The notes: a model not told the origin generated them from the letters alone. Counted from the first letter of the stretch, positions 1-9,942 are shown. The stretch is DNA of 64,000 bases from an uncultured Christensenellaceae bacterium (GCA_910587625.1 CAJUMW010000002.1:86002-150001), one strand, 5' to 3'. Translations and numbers: made by a program.

Positions 1-1139
1 GCCCCGATAAAACGGGCAGGCTTTCGCTCAATTTCGGGCCGTTAAACCAATTCGGAGGTTGGCGCAGGCTGAACGTAGCGGTGTCGCGAGCGAGGGAGGA
101 GATGATAGTGTTCTCGTCGATGAGATATTCTATGATTGACTCGTCGCGCACGACCTCGCGCGGAGTTGCTGGGCTTAAAGCCTTCTTGGAATTTGCAGAA
201 AAGGGCAGAACGAGTATCTCGGTCAAGAGCGGAGATATAATTTTGAACAAGCAGGGCATTGGCAAGTTTGTTGCGGAAGAGCTTTCTAACTACGGTTATG
301 ACTGCCGCTGCGACGTCGGCGTATCCGACTTTAAAATTGACGTCGGCGTACTCGACCCCAAAAACAAGCACAATTTCATACTCGGAATACTTTGCGACGG
401 CACCAAGCAGTTCTCCGTTAAGGACCGCTCGGTTATGCAGGTGCAGACCTTAAAGCGCAATAATTGGAACGTTTACAGGCTGTACGCAATCAACTTTTTC
501 AACAATCCCAAGCGCGAAATTAAAAAGATAAAGGAATTTTTGGACAAGCTGTGCGACGACGGCAAGCCGTCCGCAATAAGCTTTAAAAAGCCCTACCGCG
601 TTGCTAAGTTGGAGAGTAAAACGCAGACGCCCGACTACATTCTTTGCAGCGACAACGACAACGAAATCTGCAAGGTAATAAAGGCGGTGGTTTGTGCCGA
701 AGAGCCCATTTCAACGCAATTTCTGATGAAGAGAACGCTTGCCGCATACGGCATTTCCAAGTACGGAATAAAGCTTGAAAGCAAGCTGCGTTCGCTTATA
801 GACAAGTGCGCGTTCGAAAGCTGCGAGATGATGGGCAACGTATATCATTTCAGGGCAGATAAATATTCGTTGTTTGACAGGTACCGCGTGGAGGTGGATA
901 CCGCGCTGCGTTCGGCGGACGTCGACTATACGCCGTACGACGTAATTTCTTTGATAAAGGGAATACTTTTGAATAAGGTTAGTATGTATGCCGACGAACT
1001 TGTGCCCATGGTGTTGCGCGAGTTGAAGGTTCCCCGTTCGAGCGACAAACTCAACTCGTTTGTATATTCCTGCATTGACGAGGGGGCGCGCCGAGGTCTG
1101 TTTATACGCAGTGTGTCCGATAAAATTTCTCTTTCATAG
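1..1139 (+). CDS. 3' part of a superfamily-1 (Upf1-like) helicase with C-terminal restriction-endonuclease-like and DUF3320-like regions; the 5' end lies outside the window
   Basis: Frame 3 is open from the window edge. Translation from nt 3 reads ..GGWRRLNVAVSRAREEMIVFSS (SF1 helicase motif VI). It is followed by GYDCRCDVGVSDFKIDVGV..ILCDG (PD-(D/E)xK-like core) and a helical tail. The ORF track only starts at an internal GTG (81). Confidence 0.7.
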   Translation, partial: PDKTGRLSLNFGPLNQFGGWRRLNVAVSRAREEMIVFSSMRYSMIDSSRTTSRGVAGLKAFLEFAEKGRTSISVKSGDIILNKQGIGKFVAEELSNYGYDCRCDVGVSDFKIDVGVLDPKNKHNFILGILCDGTKQFSVKDRSVMQVQTLKRNNWNVYRLYAINFFNNPKREIKKIKEFLDKLCDDGKPSAISFKKPYRVAKLESKTQTPDYILCSDNDNEICKVIKAVVCAEEPISTQFLMKRTLAAYGISKYGIKLESKLRSLIDKCAFESCEMMGNVYHFRADKYSLFDRYRVEVDTALRSADVDYTPYDVISLIKGILLNKVSMYADELVPMVLRELKVPRSSDKLNSFVYSCIDEGARRGLFIRSVSDKISLS

Positions 1140-1146
1140 TAACATT

Positions 1147-1187
1147 AAAAAGGCAGGCGCGGTTTAATTCCGCGCCTGCCTTTTTTT
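1147..1187. terminator. Bidirectional intrinsic terminator between convergent genes
   Basis: aaaaGGCAGGCGCGG-tttaatt-CCGCGCCTGCCttttttt; GC-rich stem flanked by an A-run and a T-run. Confidence 0.75.
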
Positions 1188-1195
1188 ATCGTCAT

Positions 1196-1945
1196 TTATA
1201 AATTTTCGAAAATATCGTTCATATCGTATTTGCCGCAGGGCTTGCCGACAAGCCACTTTGCCGCGCGTATTGCGCCGACGGCAAAAACCTTTTTGGAACG
1301 GGCGGAGTGCGACAGAGTGATAATTTCGTCCTCTCCGGCAAAAATAACCTCGTGCTCGCCCACGATGGTTCCGCCCCTTACGGCGTGTATTCCAATCTCG
1401 TTTCCGCGCTTACCAACAATGCCGTCGCGACCCTTTAAATAGGGTTTGCCCCCGTCATATGCCTCGTTTACGCTTTCTGCAAGCATAAGCGCGGTACCCG
1501 ACGGCGCGTCGACTTTCTTGTTGTGATGTTTTTCTATTATCTCGATATCGAAGCTTTCAAGCGTCTTTGCCGCCTTGTTTACAAGCTTAACCAAAAGGTT
1601 TATGCCAAGCGAAAAATTGCCCGTCTTAAATATGGCAATGCTCTTTGCCGCCTCGTCTATTTGCTTCAACTGTTCGTCCGAGTATCCCGTCGCTGCAAGC
1701 ACTACGGGCACATTTCTTTCCTTTGCCCACTTTAATTCCGCACTTAAAACGGAGGGGGAGGAAAAGTCCAAAATTACGTCTACTTCCTCTTTTACGTCGT
1801 TAAACGAGGCATATACGGGGGGTAACGTCGCGTTTGCCGCCAAGTCTACGCCGCAAACAACCTGCATTTCGCTGTCATCGGCTAGAAGCTCGACAAGGTT
1901 TTGCCCCATTTTCCCGTTGATACCGCAAATCAATAATTTTTTCAT
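1196..1945 (-). CDS. dapB: 4-hydroxy-tetrahydrodipicolinate reductase
   Basis: 249 aa. N-terminal Rossmann motif MKKLLICGINGKMGQ, EKHHNKKVDAPSGTA signature, typical length. 4-nt ATGA overlap with dapA. Confidence 0.92.
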   Translation of the reverse strand: MKKLLICGINGKMGQNLVELLADDSEMQVVCGVDLAANATLPPVYASFNDVKEEVDVILDFSSPSVLSAELKWAKERNVPVVLAATGYSDEQLKQIDEAAKSIAIFKTGNFSLGINLLVKLVNKAAKTLESFDIEIIEKHHNKKVDAPSGTALMLAESVNEAYDGGKPYLKGRDGIVGKRGNEIGIHAVRGGTIVGEHEVIFAGEDEIITLSHSARSKKVFAVGAIRAAKWLVGKPCGKYDMNDIFENL

Positions 1946-2823
1946 ATTAAACCCACCTTTTTAATTTCGGCTTGTAAAAGCTTTTTGTGTTCGTCCTCAA
2001 GCTCGGTAAGCGGCGCGCGCGGCGTGCCTACGTCAAAGCCGAGCATATTCATAGCCGCCTTTACGGGTATGGGGTTTACTTCGCAAAACAGCGCGTTTTC
2101 GAGCGGCAAAATCAAGTCCTGAATTCTCATTGCCTCGTCGAATTTATTGTCGCGTGCAAGCTTAACCATTTTTGTAACAAGCTTTGGCGCAACGTTGGAA
2201 GCTACCGAAATTACGCCTGCGCCGCCTATTGCCATTATGGGCAGGTTGAGCGCGTCCTCTCCCGAAAACAAATTCATTTTGCCGCGAATTCTGCGCATTG
2301 TTTCCATTGTCTGCGCCATAATGCCGCTTGCCTCTTTTATAGCCTCCATATTGGGTAAGTCCGCAAGCTTTTCGGCTGTTTCGGGGGTAATATTCACGCC
2401 CGTCCGCGAGGGCACGTTGTAAGCGATTACGGGAATTTTTACTGCGTCACATATAGCTTTGTAGTACCCGTAAATTCCGCGCTGCGTGCATTTATTATAG
2501 TAGGGGGTTACTGCGAGAACGCCGTTCGCACCCAGCTTTTCGGCATTTATTGACGAGGCTACTGCTTTTGCCGTGTCGTTGCTGCCCGTGCCTATAATAA
2601 TTTTTACGCGTTTGTCGGCTTTCTTAACGCAATATTTTATGACCTCGGTCTTTTCCTCGTCGGTCATAGTGGACGGCTCTCCCGTAGTGCCGAGTATAAC
2701 CAGTCCGTCGACTCCGCCGACTATTTGAAAATCAATAAGTCTGCCTAGTTCGTCAAAGTTTACGCCGCTTTGATTGAACGGCGTTATAAGCGCGGTAAAA
2801 ACTCCCTCAAAATGTCCTTTCAT
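1942..2823 (-). CDS. dapA: 4-hydroxy-tetrahydrodipicolinate synthase
   Basis: 293 aa. GVDGLVILGTTGE.., TGSNDT, AVTPYYNK motifs typical of the DapA/NAL family. Operon with dapB and asd. Confidence 0.92.
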   Translation of the reverse strand: MKGHFEGVFTALITPFNQSGVNFDELGRLIDFQIVGGVDGLVILGTTGEPSTMTDEEKTEVIKYCVKKADKRVKIIIGTGSNDTAKAVASSINAEKLGANGVLAVTPYYNKCTQRGIYGYYKAICDAVKIPVIAYNVPSRTGVNITPETAEKLADLPNMEAIKEASGIMAQTMETMRRIRGKMNLFSGEDALNLPIMAIGGAGVISVASNVAPKLVTKMVKLARDNKFDEAMRIQDLILPLENALFCEVNPIPVKAAMNMLGFDVGTPRAPLTELEDEHKKLLQAEIKKVGLI

Positions 2824-2856
2824 AATACCCTCAATATGATTGATTTTTTAAAAATG

Positions 2857-3936
2857 TTAATCGAAGTAGCCCTTAGCCGCCAAAAGTTCGGCAAGCAGTA
2901 CGGCGCCGCCTGCCGCGCCGCGCAAGGTATTGTGCGAAAAACCTATAAATTTATAGTCGAAGAGGTTGTCCTCTCTCAATCTTCCGCAAAGCACAGCCAT
3001 TCCGTTTTCGAGGTTTCTGTCAAGCTTGGGCTGAGGTCTGTCGTCCTCGTCGAAATAGTGAATAAACTGTTTGGGTGCCGAGGGCAAACCGAGCTTCTGC
3101 GGTTCGCCTGCGAACTCGCGCCAAGCCTGTATAATTTGTTGCTTTGCAGGCTTTTGTGTAAATTTTACAAAGCAAGCCGCCGTGTGTCCGTCGGATACGG
3201 GCACTCGCAGGCACTGCGCCGTAATTTTAGGGCAGTCGGCGCATACGATTTTACCGTTTTCGAGCTTGCCCCAAATTTTTAAAGGCTCTTTTTCGCTTTT
3301 TTCTTCTTCACCGCCGATATAGGGGATTACGTTATCGCAAATTTCCGGCATAGTTTCAAAGGTCTTACCCGCACCCGATATGGCTTGATAGGTCGTTACC
3401 GCCACGCTCTCTATGCCGAACTTTTTCAAGGGGTGCAACAGGGGGACGTACGATTGCAGCGAACAGTTGCTCTTTACCGCGATAAATCCGCGCTTTGTGC
3501 CAAGCCTCTTTCTCTGTAGGGGGATAACCTCGAGGTGTTCGGGGTTGACCTCGGGAATAATCATAGGCACGTCGTCCGTAAACCTGTGCGCCGAGTTGTT
3601 TGAAACAATGGGGCACTCGAGTTTTGCATAGGCGTATTCAAGCTCGCGTATTTCGTCCTTTTTCATGTTTACCGCGCAAAAGCAAAAGTCGACTTTTTTT
3701 GCTATTGTCGTTATGTCTGCGGTTGCGTCCAAAACTTGCATATCTGCAAATTTCTCGGGCATGGGCGTTGACATGTGCCAGCGCCTTACCGCGTTTTTAT
3801 AGCTCTTGTTTGCGGAATTTTTGGAAGCCGCAAGCACGGTTACTTCAAATAAGGGGTGGTTTTCCAGCAACAGCAAAAATCTTTGCCCTACCATTCCCGT
3901 GGCGCCGATAACGCCGACTTTGTATCTTTTTTGCAT
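2857..3936 (-). CDS. asd: Aspartate-semialdehyde dehydrogenase
   Basis: MQKRYKVGVIGATGMVGQRF (NADP-binding fold), active-site SNCS, about 359 aa. The ORF-track start at 4071 is rejected because that extension runs through the riboswitch leader. ATG confirmed at 3934-3936 (cat on the + strand). Confidence 0.9.
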   Translation of the reverse strand: MQKRYKVGVIGATGMVGQRFLLLLENHPLFEVTVLAASKNSANKSYKNAVRRWHMSTPMPEKFADMQVLDATADITTIAKKVDFCFCAVNMKKDEIRELEYAYAKLECPIVSNNSAHRFTDDVPMIIPEVNPEHLEVIPLQRKRLGTKRGFIAVKSNCSLQSYVPLLHPLKKFGIESVAVTTYQAISGAGKTFETMPEICDNVIPYIGGEEEKSEKEPLKIWGKLENGKIVCADCPKITAQCLRVPVSDGHTAACFVKFTQKPAKQQIIQAWREFAGEPQKLGLPSAPKQFIHYFDEDDRPQPKLDRNLENGMAVLCGRLREDNLFDYKFIGFSHNTLRGAAGGAVLLAELLAAKGYFD

Positions 3937-3965
3937 ATTAACTCCATAGATTGATATAGTGCGTT

Positions 3966-4180
3966 TTAAAAAAATAAAAGACAGTACGCCGTACTGCCGC
4001 AAAAAGCAATTAGCGCAACACATAAGTGACAGTCGCAAAGGTATTAGCCCGTACGCCCGACGGAATTTCAAGGTAAAAAACCGCCTCGGCGGAGGTACCC
4101 TTTTGCCGAAACTTAAAATCGGAATTTCCTTTAAATTCCTGTTTTCGGTTACTTTTGTCCGTCCGCTCCTCTAATTTGCA
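3966..4180 (-). promoter_or_regulatory. Lysine riboswitch (L-box) leader with a putative terminator expression platform, upstream of asd-dapA-dapB
   Basis: The minus-strand transcript reads TTAGAGGAGCGGACGG..AAAGTAACCGAAAACAGG..GTTTCGGCAAAAGGGTACCTCCGCCGAGGCGG..TCGGGCGTACGGGC..GCGACTGTCACTT. It contains the conserved L-box blocks AGAGGxGC, AGTA, GAAAGGG-like, GCCGAGG and CTGTCA. It is followed by a short hairpin GCAGTAC-ggc-GTACTGT and TCTTTTATTTTTTT. Confidence 0.75.
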
Positions 4181-4293
4181 AGGTTATCATATCACAACGC
4201 TTTAAAATTGTAAAGAAAAAGCGCTCGGTTTTAAAAAATTTATTTCGGGCAATTGTGTGAAAAAATAACATTATATTATATAATGTGGTTTGC

Positions 4294-4322
4294 TTGACAA
4301 AATCAAGGTGGTGTGGTATATA
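4294..4322 (+). promoter_or_regulatory. Sigma-A-type promoter candidate
   Basis: TTGACA (4294-4299), 17-nt spacer, TGgTATATA extended -10 (4314-4322), about 40 nt upstream of the 4364 start. Confidence 0.45.
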
Positions 4323-4363
4323 CTTATTATGGTAAATATTATAACAAATCAAAGGAGAGAAAA

Positions 4364-6307
4364 ATGAAACTTATCAAAAGACTTTTGGTCGTTTTTGCGG
4401 CGTTTGTTCTTGCGTTTTCGGTATTTGCGCTGTCGGCTTCGGCGTGCAATCCTTCCGATAATACAGATAATACCGACAATACCGATAACAACGGCGGAAA
4501 TAACGGCGGTAACAACAACGAAGAAGACGATATTACGGGACCTTCCGTAAGTCCCAACGCTTCGCTTATAAACGCCGTTTACAATCAAAGCTACGTTGCT
4601 GCTTCGTTCACAGGCAAGATTGACATTACGCGTGAGGAAGCACTTTTCAGCGTAAGCGAGAACGGCGGAAAGGGTGAGCAATTAAAACCCTCGGAAGTTG
4701 TAGAAACTATGCATATGTTCGGCAGCGGTAACGTAAACCTTGCCGACGCGGACGCCGATTTGGTAGTCGGTATGGAAAATCACTATGCTTCAAACGAAGA
4801 GCCCGACTTAACGTTGATAAACATTTTAATGCGCGGCGGTGAAGTTTTTACGGCTGTCGAATACGATGACGACGGCAATCCCATAGAGATTAAAGATTAT
4901 ACGGGCATTGATTTACATTATGAATTTAACTTAATAGAAGAACTCATTCCGTCGTTACCCGGCGGCAGTTCGATAAGGGAATTGGTGGACGGTCTGCTTG
5001 AAGAAATTGCCGAAACGAACGGTATTACAATCGAACAAGCCGAAGAGCTGTTGGACGAAGAGCTCGCTGAACTCGGCATAACGGTTGAAGAGTTGAGAAA
5101 TATTAATCCGGCGGCTGTTCTTACGGAATATGCGTTGAATTGCGAAACGTTTATAATTATGTCGCTTACCGATAATTTCGGCGCGCTGAAAGTTGAAAAT
5201 AGCACAGCCACCGCCGATTTGCTTTTAATGGCTCAGAATATAGTTAAAGAAGCAAAAGATTTTGTAAATTCAATCAACGGCGATACAACTATCGGAGATT
5301 TACTCAACAATAAAGCGGTAAAGGGAGTTTTAGAACCCCTGCTGAACGTAATCGAGCCTGAAATTTTCAGACAGATGCTCCCGTCGTTGACTTTGCAGAT
5401 ATTGGTAAGCACAACGCAGTCGCAGGACGCGTTGATGCAACTGTTGGAAATTTACAACAGTGTGGATTGGGAAGCTATTTTGGTGGAACCCGACGAGGGC
5501 GCAACTACATACGACTACCTTATAAAGTTTATTTCATCGGAGGCTTTAAGGGTTGAAGCAAGCAAAGTTATAGCTGCGCTCGAAAATGCCGAAGATATTC
5601 CGCAGCTGCCTGTGGAAATCGAGTTGCCCGTAACCCTCGACAAAATGACAATCGACTATTTTGTCAGATTTTCAGGCCATACCTTGGCAGAGTTGAAGGA
5701 AGAGGTTTTGCCTTATCTCGACTGTGTTACGGAAAACGGCGTTGTCCTCAGTTCCGAAATTTTGGGCGATAATATGTTGGACGTGGAAATTGCCGAGGCA
5801 AAAATAATTTATACGCTCAACGGTAAAAAAGTTACCGGTCAACGCGTTAAAGCTGATTTTGTCACAAAATATTATGAAGAAGAATATATTGCCAACAACG
5901 GTGAGATTACTTATATTTGGAATGAGGAAAGCGTTTCCTGTACTTTTGACGGCAATGTTATCTATACCGACACAGAGTATGAGCTTTACGACGTTTCAAA
6001 CAATTTAGAAAAAGCTTTAATTTGCGGAACTTATTATTTTGAATCTTTGAGAATTTCTTCCGGTGGTGAAGTTGTCGAAATTAAGGTCGGAGAAGAGTAT
6101 TCGGGGTTAATTTTATCTGAAAGATTTTACGTTTTGGAGTTGTATACAGACGGCACATATATTCTCACTGCAAACTATCTTCCGGTTAAAGGGCGCTGGG
6201 AACTGAGAAACGGCGTTTGCTATTTAAGTGACACGATAGAGTGCACGATAGACGGGTCGAGAATTACAATTAAACAGGAAGATGGCGATATTGTTCTCAG
6301 AAAATAA
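4364..6307 (+). CDS. Large secreted lipoprotein, function unknown
   Basis: ATG at 4364 preceded by AAAGGAGAG. Signal peptide MKLIKRLLVVFAAFVLAFSVFALSASAC with a lipobox-like ASAC. Low-complexity NTDNTDNTDNNGGNNGGNNNEEDD linker. No catalytic motif recognised. Confidence 0.75.
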   Translation: MKLIKRLLVVFAAFVLAFSVFALSASACNPSDNTDNTDNTDNNGGNNGGNNNEEDDITGPSVSPNASLINAVYNQSYVAASFTGKIDITREEALFSVSENGGKGEQLKPSEVVETMHMFGSGNVNLADADADLVVGMENHYASNEEPDLTLINILMRGGEVFTAVEYDDDGNPIEIKDYTGIDLHYEFNLIEELIPSLPGGSSIRELVDGLLEEIAETNGITIEQAEELLDEELAELGITVEELRNINPAAVLTEYALNCETFIIMSLTDNFGALKVENSTATADLLLMAQNIVKEAKDFVNSINGDTTIGDLLNNKAVKGVLEPLLNVIEPEIFRQMLPSLTLQILVSTTQSQDALMQLLEIYNSVDWEAILVEPDEGATTYDYLIKFISSEALRVEASKVIAALENAEDIPQLPVEIELPVTLDKMTIDYFVRFSGHTLAELKEEVLPYLDCVTENGVVLSSEILGDNMLDVEIAEAKIIYTLNGKKVTGQRVKADFVTKYYEEEYIANNGEITYIWNEESVSCTFDGNVIYTDTEYELYDVSNNLEKALICGTYYFESLRISSGGEVVEIKVGEEYSGLILSERFYVLELYTDGTYILTANYLPVKGRWELRNGVCYLSDTIECTIDGSRITIKQEDGDIVLRK

Positions 6308-6315
6308 ATTGAAAA

Positions 6316-6347
6316 TACGGTTTTCCCGAAAGGGGAAGCCGTATTTT
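6316..6347 (+). terminator. Intrinsic terminator candidate
   Basis: TACGGTTTTCCC-gaaa-GGGGAAGCCGTA followed by TTTTTTG (imperfect stem with wobble pairs). Confidence 0.55.
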
Positions 6348-6492
6348 TTGTTTTCGTCGCAAATTATTTGCGTTAAGCGATAAAACTAATTGACAAGCAT
6401 TTTTAATTATTGTAAAATTAACAGGTACAAATAAAATTAAAAGTAAAAGTGCAACGTTTTTTGATTGTGCTTTGAATATGTGAGTTTAGCTT

Positions 6493-8901
6493 ATGAAATC
6501 TTTGAGATTAAAATTATTTTCTATAATTGCCCTTGCTGTCGCGTTTGTGGCTTGTGTAGGCGCGTTTTTCGGATTTAATTTCGCAAACGCGGACAGAAAC
6601 GTAACCGTTTCGGGTTCGAGTATTTTCTACACCACGGGAAATGCCGAAGTTTGGGCGCACGAGGTTGCCGCGGAAGAGGGCGTTGAAGACAGCACTTCTA
6701 CCTATTATTCTATGTTTGTCTTAAAGTCGGACGGAGACGGCGTCAATTACAGAAAAAATCTTGCTCATCATTGGTTCTATAACGCAAACTTCAAGTACGA
6801 AGACGAAAATGACAAGGATAAAGACAATGACGAGGGCAACGAAGAGGTAAAAGTACTTGAAAAGGCGGAAGGCTTTTTCAATATGGATATAGGCTTCGAA
6901 CTCGAGGACGGCAAGCTTGCTTTCAAAAAATATGTAATTACCTTTGAAAGTCAGCAGTTTTCCCAAACCAAGGACAGTAAGTCTAAAAACTATATAATAT
7001 TCTATCCCACGGCTTCGGGCACCGGTCTCAACGTAGTTATAGGCAACTACGCGGAAGCGCAACTGCCCGAAAACCCCGTTGAAATCGGCTACGACAATAT
7101 CAGTATCAAATTTTCCAAGAGCGAAGTCGGCGGCAACTACAATGTTACCGTATCCACGAGCGAAACTGCAAAAGTCGAGGGGGAGTTTGAGAATATAGGC
7201 GGCAACTACGCAAGATATTCTTCCTCGTCGACGACGCCCGTAACGCCCCTTTCATTCAAAGCGGAATTCGAAGAGGGTGTTACCGCAAACGCAAAAATGG
7301 TAATGTACAACCTCAACGGTCAAAGCTTTTTGCTTACAGGCACGCGTGAGTCGGACGGTCATCGCGTCGGCGGCACCGTAAACGACACTACGCCCCCCGT
7401 GCTCTGCCTTGACAAGGGAGTTTCCTTTATTCAGCTCGGCGGAGAAATTAGCTTCAGATATACCGTTGTCGACGTGCTTGCTTCCTCTCCCAGCATTACA
7501 ACTTCATACTTTATGCTCACCAAAAATCAGGTAAAAGACGGAGTCAATGCAGAGGACTACACCAACGAAAGTTTATTCAGAAAAGTAGCGGACAGCGACG
7601 ACCAGAAGATGATACCCCACGCTACTCACTATATCCCCAACTCAAACGACTTCGGCGCCGACAGCAGCTTCGGAGACCAGCTCGAGGCAAAGGCGGCGGT
7701 AAAGGTTTGCCTTAAACTTACCGATACTTCGTCGAGCGGCGGCGTTTCGGACTATGTAATGCTCGATTGGTTTGTTGAGGACGAGTTTATTCTTAACATA
7801 GACAGTCAAAACTATATCGCAGTTGCCGAAGATACTGTCGGCACAACGTATGCATATACAGACGGCACGGCAAGCAACCCCGACTCGGAAGAGTGGGACA
7901 ACCTTGTAAAGGAATATCAGGCGGCTGTTGACGAGGCGGCAAAGGACTTGCTTGCGGGCAGTAAAAACTACTTCTATCTTCCCTCGGCTGAAAAGCTGTT
8001 CAAGGACAATGCCACAAGATATGCGGATATGACGTTTGCTATCTATTATAACAACGGCAGTCAGCAACAGCAATCGAACAAGGCGGCAAACGCGCTTTCG
8101 ATAAATATCAGCAAAGCCGGCAGATATATGTTTACTATATTTGCAAACGACTCCGTAGCAAATCCTATGTACTATTACGACGCCGAGAACGAAAAGAAAG
8201 AGTTCACGACAAACGATATCTGGAATATGTACGAGGAGAAGAAGGACAGCGATTTTGAGAATACGAGAAGGTATTTGCCTTGGTTCTACTTCGACGTTGA
8301 AGCTTCTGAAATTTCAATAGAAACCCCCGAAGAGCAGGACACTGCGTACGTCGGCAGCAGCTATACTCCCGAATCTTTCGATATCAACGGCGTATCTTAC
8401 AACACCGAATACAATTTATATCTCTTCAATAACGACAAATATTTTGAGGATAAGGGCGTTGCTCTCACTTACGAGCAGTTTTTAGAGCAGAAGGACGAGC
8501 TTTTGAACGACGACGTAAACAGAAAGTGGTTCACTTATATCTACTCGAGTTCCGAGCTCAACGAGGGTACCGAGGAGTACGAAAAGTATAACGAATACGC
8601 CTGGAACAGCAGTTCGCTTACCTTCGTTCCTCAGGACGAAAACGCGTTCTACCTCATTCAATGCGTCGTAAAGAGCACCACGGGCAGCGCGCAGGAAGCT
8701 ACGGCGTATATGGCTATTGCTTCGGCGCCTCAGGTAAAGCCCTTGACAGGTGAAGATACCTGGGTTCGCGACAATATGATTTCCATTGTGCTTTTGAGCA
8801 TTGCCGGCGTTTCGCTTATCGGCATTGTGCTTCTCATAGTCATTAAGCCCAAGGATAAGGGTGACCTCGACGATATGGAATTGGAAAAACCCAAAAAATA
8901 A
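6493..8901 (+). CDS. Large surface/secreted protein with N-terminal signal-anchor and C-terminal transmembrane anchor, function unknown
   Basis: 802 aa. N-terminal hydrophobic LFSIIALAVAFVACVGAFFGF. C-terminal TM MISIVLLSIAGVSLIGIVLLIVI followed by a basic/acidic tail. Acidic DENDKDKDNDEGNEE stretch. No domain recognised by eye. Confidence 0.75.
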   Translation: MKSLRLKLFSIIALAVAFVACVGAFFGFNFANADRNVTVSGSSIFYTTGNAEVWAHEVAAEEGVEDSTSTYYSMFVLKSDGDGVNYRKNLAHHWFYNANFKYEDENDKDKDNDEGNEEVKVLEKAEGFFNMDIGFELEDGKLAFKKYVITFESQQFSQTKDSKSKNYIIFYPTASGTGLNVVIGNYAEAQLPENPVEIGYDNISIKFSKSEVGGNYNVTVSTSETAKVEGEFENIGGNYARYSSSSTTPVTPLSFKAEFEEGVTANAKMVMYNLNGQSFLLTGTRESDGHRVGGTVNDTTPPVLCLDKGVSFIQLGGEISFRYTVVDVLASSPSITTSYFMLTKNQVKDGVNAEDYTNESLFRKVADSDDQKMIPHATHYIPNSNDFGADSSFGDQLEAKAAVKVCLKLTDTSSSGGVSDYVMLDWFVEDEFILNIDSQNYIAVAEDTVGTTYAYTDGTASNPDSEEWDNLVKEYQAAVDEAAKDLLAGSKNYFYLPSAEKLFKDNATRYADMTFAIYYNNGSQQQQSNKAANALSINISKAGRYMFTIFANDSVANPMYYYDAENEKKEFTTNDIWNMYEEKKDSDFENTRRYLPWFYFDVEASEISIETPEEQDTAYVGSSYTPESFDINGVSYNTEYNLYLFNNDKYFEDKGVALTYEQFLEQKDELLNDDVNRKWFTYIYSSSELNEGTEEYEKYNEYAWNSSSLTFVPQDENAFYLIQCVVKSTTGSAQEATAYMAIASAPQVKPLTGEDTWVRDNMISIVLLSIAGVSLIGIVLLIVIKPKDKGDLDDMELEKPKK

Positions 8902-8911
8902 CAAATAAATT

Positions 8912-8942
8912 AAAGCGGTTGCTTAGCGCAACCGCTTTTTTT
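8912..8942. terminator. Bidirectional intrinsic terminator between convergent genes
   Basis: AAAGCGGTTGC-ttag-CGCAACCGCTTTTTTTTG. Confidence 0.72.
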
Positions 8943-8949
8943 GTTTGAG

Positions 8950-9417
8950 TTATTTGTTAAAAGAAAGTGTAATTTCGTAAATAATTTTATTTAAAGAATA
9001 ACAGATATTTGTGTGATAGCAGGCTGTTGTTTCATTGATCTTGATTTTAATGACTCCGTTACACACATAAAAACCGTACTCAGCTCTTTCGCCCTTAAAA
9101 CTTATAAATGAAACACTGCTGTTTTCCGACTTGGCGTTAAACTCCGCGTTATCCGTAGCTTGAAAGCACGCAATCGAAAAAAGCTCTCTTACGTTTTTAA
9201 GCACGTCCTCGTCGTAAAAGTTTCCGCGCAGGTTGGGATTGTTGCCCTCGTCTGCGTACATTTCGGTAATCGCGTCGTCAAAAAACGCCCCCAAGCCTAT
9301 TTGATATGCGTCCGTTATAGGCTTATCTTTATCGGCTGTCATTGCAATTATCGATAAAATAATTGCGGCAATCGACAAAACTATTGCAATTACGGATAAA
9401 ATAGATTTAAGTTTCAT
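8950..9417 (-). CDS. Small membrane-anchored protein, function unknown
   Basis: ATG at 9417 (MKLKSILSVIAIVLSIAAIILSIIAMT..) is preferred over the TTG at 9432. Single N-terminal TM helix plus a domain of about 125 aa. Confidence 0.6.
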   Translation of the reverse strand: MKLKSILSVIAIVLSIAAIILSIIAMTADKDKPITDAYQIGLGAFFDDAITEMYADEGNNPNLRGNFYDEDVLKNVRELFSIACFQATDNAEFNAKSENSSVSFISFKGERAEYGFYVCNGVIKIKINETTACYHTNICYSLNKIIYEITLSFNK

Positions 9418-9499
9418 AAATTTAGCCCCCAAAAATTTTTTTGTTCAATATTATTTTACATCTGAATTTAATTTTGTCAATAGAGATATCAAAAAATGC

Positions 9500-9554
9500 T
9501 TGACAAGGGTGAAATTACATATTATACTATTATCATATGAATAAGCATTCATAT
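9500..9554 (+). promoter_or_regulatory. Promoter plus palindromic operator candidate for the ArsR-family repressor
   Basis: TTGACA (9500-9505), 17 nt, TATACT (9523-9528). A perfect 8-4-8 inverted repeat ATATGAAT-aagc-ATTCATAT lies at 9535-9554, between the promoter and the arsR-like start. Confidence 0.5.
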
Positions 9555-9584
9555 AAAAGCATATAATAATAACGGAGAAATAAT

Positions 9585-9938
9585 ATGGCTATAGAGTGCG
9601 GCAGCGAAAAGCTGCATGAAGAAAGAATAAAGGTTGCGCTTGAAAATATGCCTGCGGACGGGCGTATCGAGGAGATGGCGGCAAGATTTAAAGCAATAAG
9701 CGAGCCGTCGCGGCTTAAAATTTTGCTTGCGTTGGAGGGCGGAGAGCTGTGCGTGGAGCACATAGTCGACGCGGTCGGCGGAAATCAAAGCGCGGTTTCG
9801 CACCAGCTTAAAACGCTTAAAGACAACAAAATCGTAAAGAGCAGGCGCGAGGGCAAAAAGATTTTATATTCCGTGTCGGACGAACACATTATGAATATGA
9901 TAGAGCTTGCGAAACAGCATTTGGACTGCGAGGAATAA
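9585..9938 (+). CDS. ArsR/SmtB-family metal-responsive transcriptional repressor
   Basis: 117 aa. Winged-helix signature SEPSRLKILLALEGGELCVEHIVDAVGGNQSAVSHQLKTLKDNKIVKSRREGKKILYS. Confidence 0.9.
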   Translation: MAIECGSEKLHEERIKVALENMPADGRIEEMAARFKAISEPSRLKILLALEGGELCVEHIVDAVGGNQSAVSHQLKTLKDNKIVKSRREGKKILYSVSDEHIMNMIELAKQHLDCEE

Positions 9939-9942
9939 ATTT

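Noticed and set aside
2857-4071. The 404-aa ORF suggests a long N-terminal extension of Asd.
   Set aside because: The extension (3937-4071) overlaps the L-box leader and its terminator and has a hydrophobic, junk-like sequence. The conserved Asd N-terminus MQKRYKVGVIGATG starts at the ATG at 3936.
4455-4515. A short tandem nucleotide repeat (gataat/accgacaat units encoding NTDNTDNTD NNGGNNGG) might be a phase-variable tract.
   Set aside because: The units are imperfect and in frame. They encode a typical low-complexity lipoprotein linker just after the lipobox, and there is no homopolymer or perfect microsatellite that would cause slippage.
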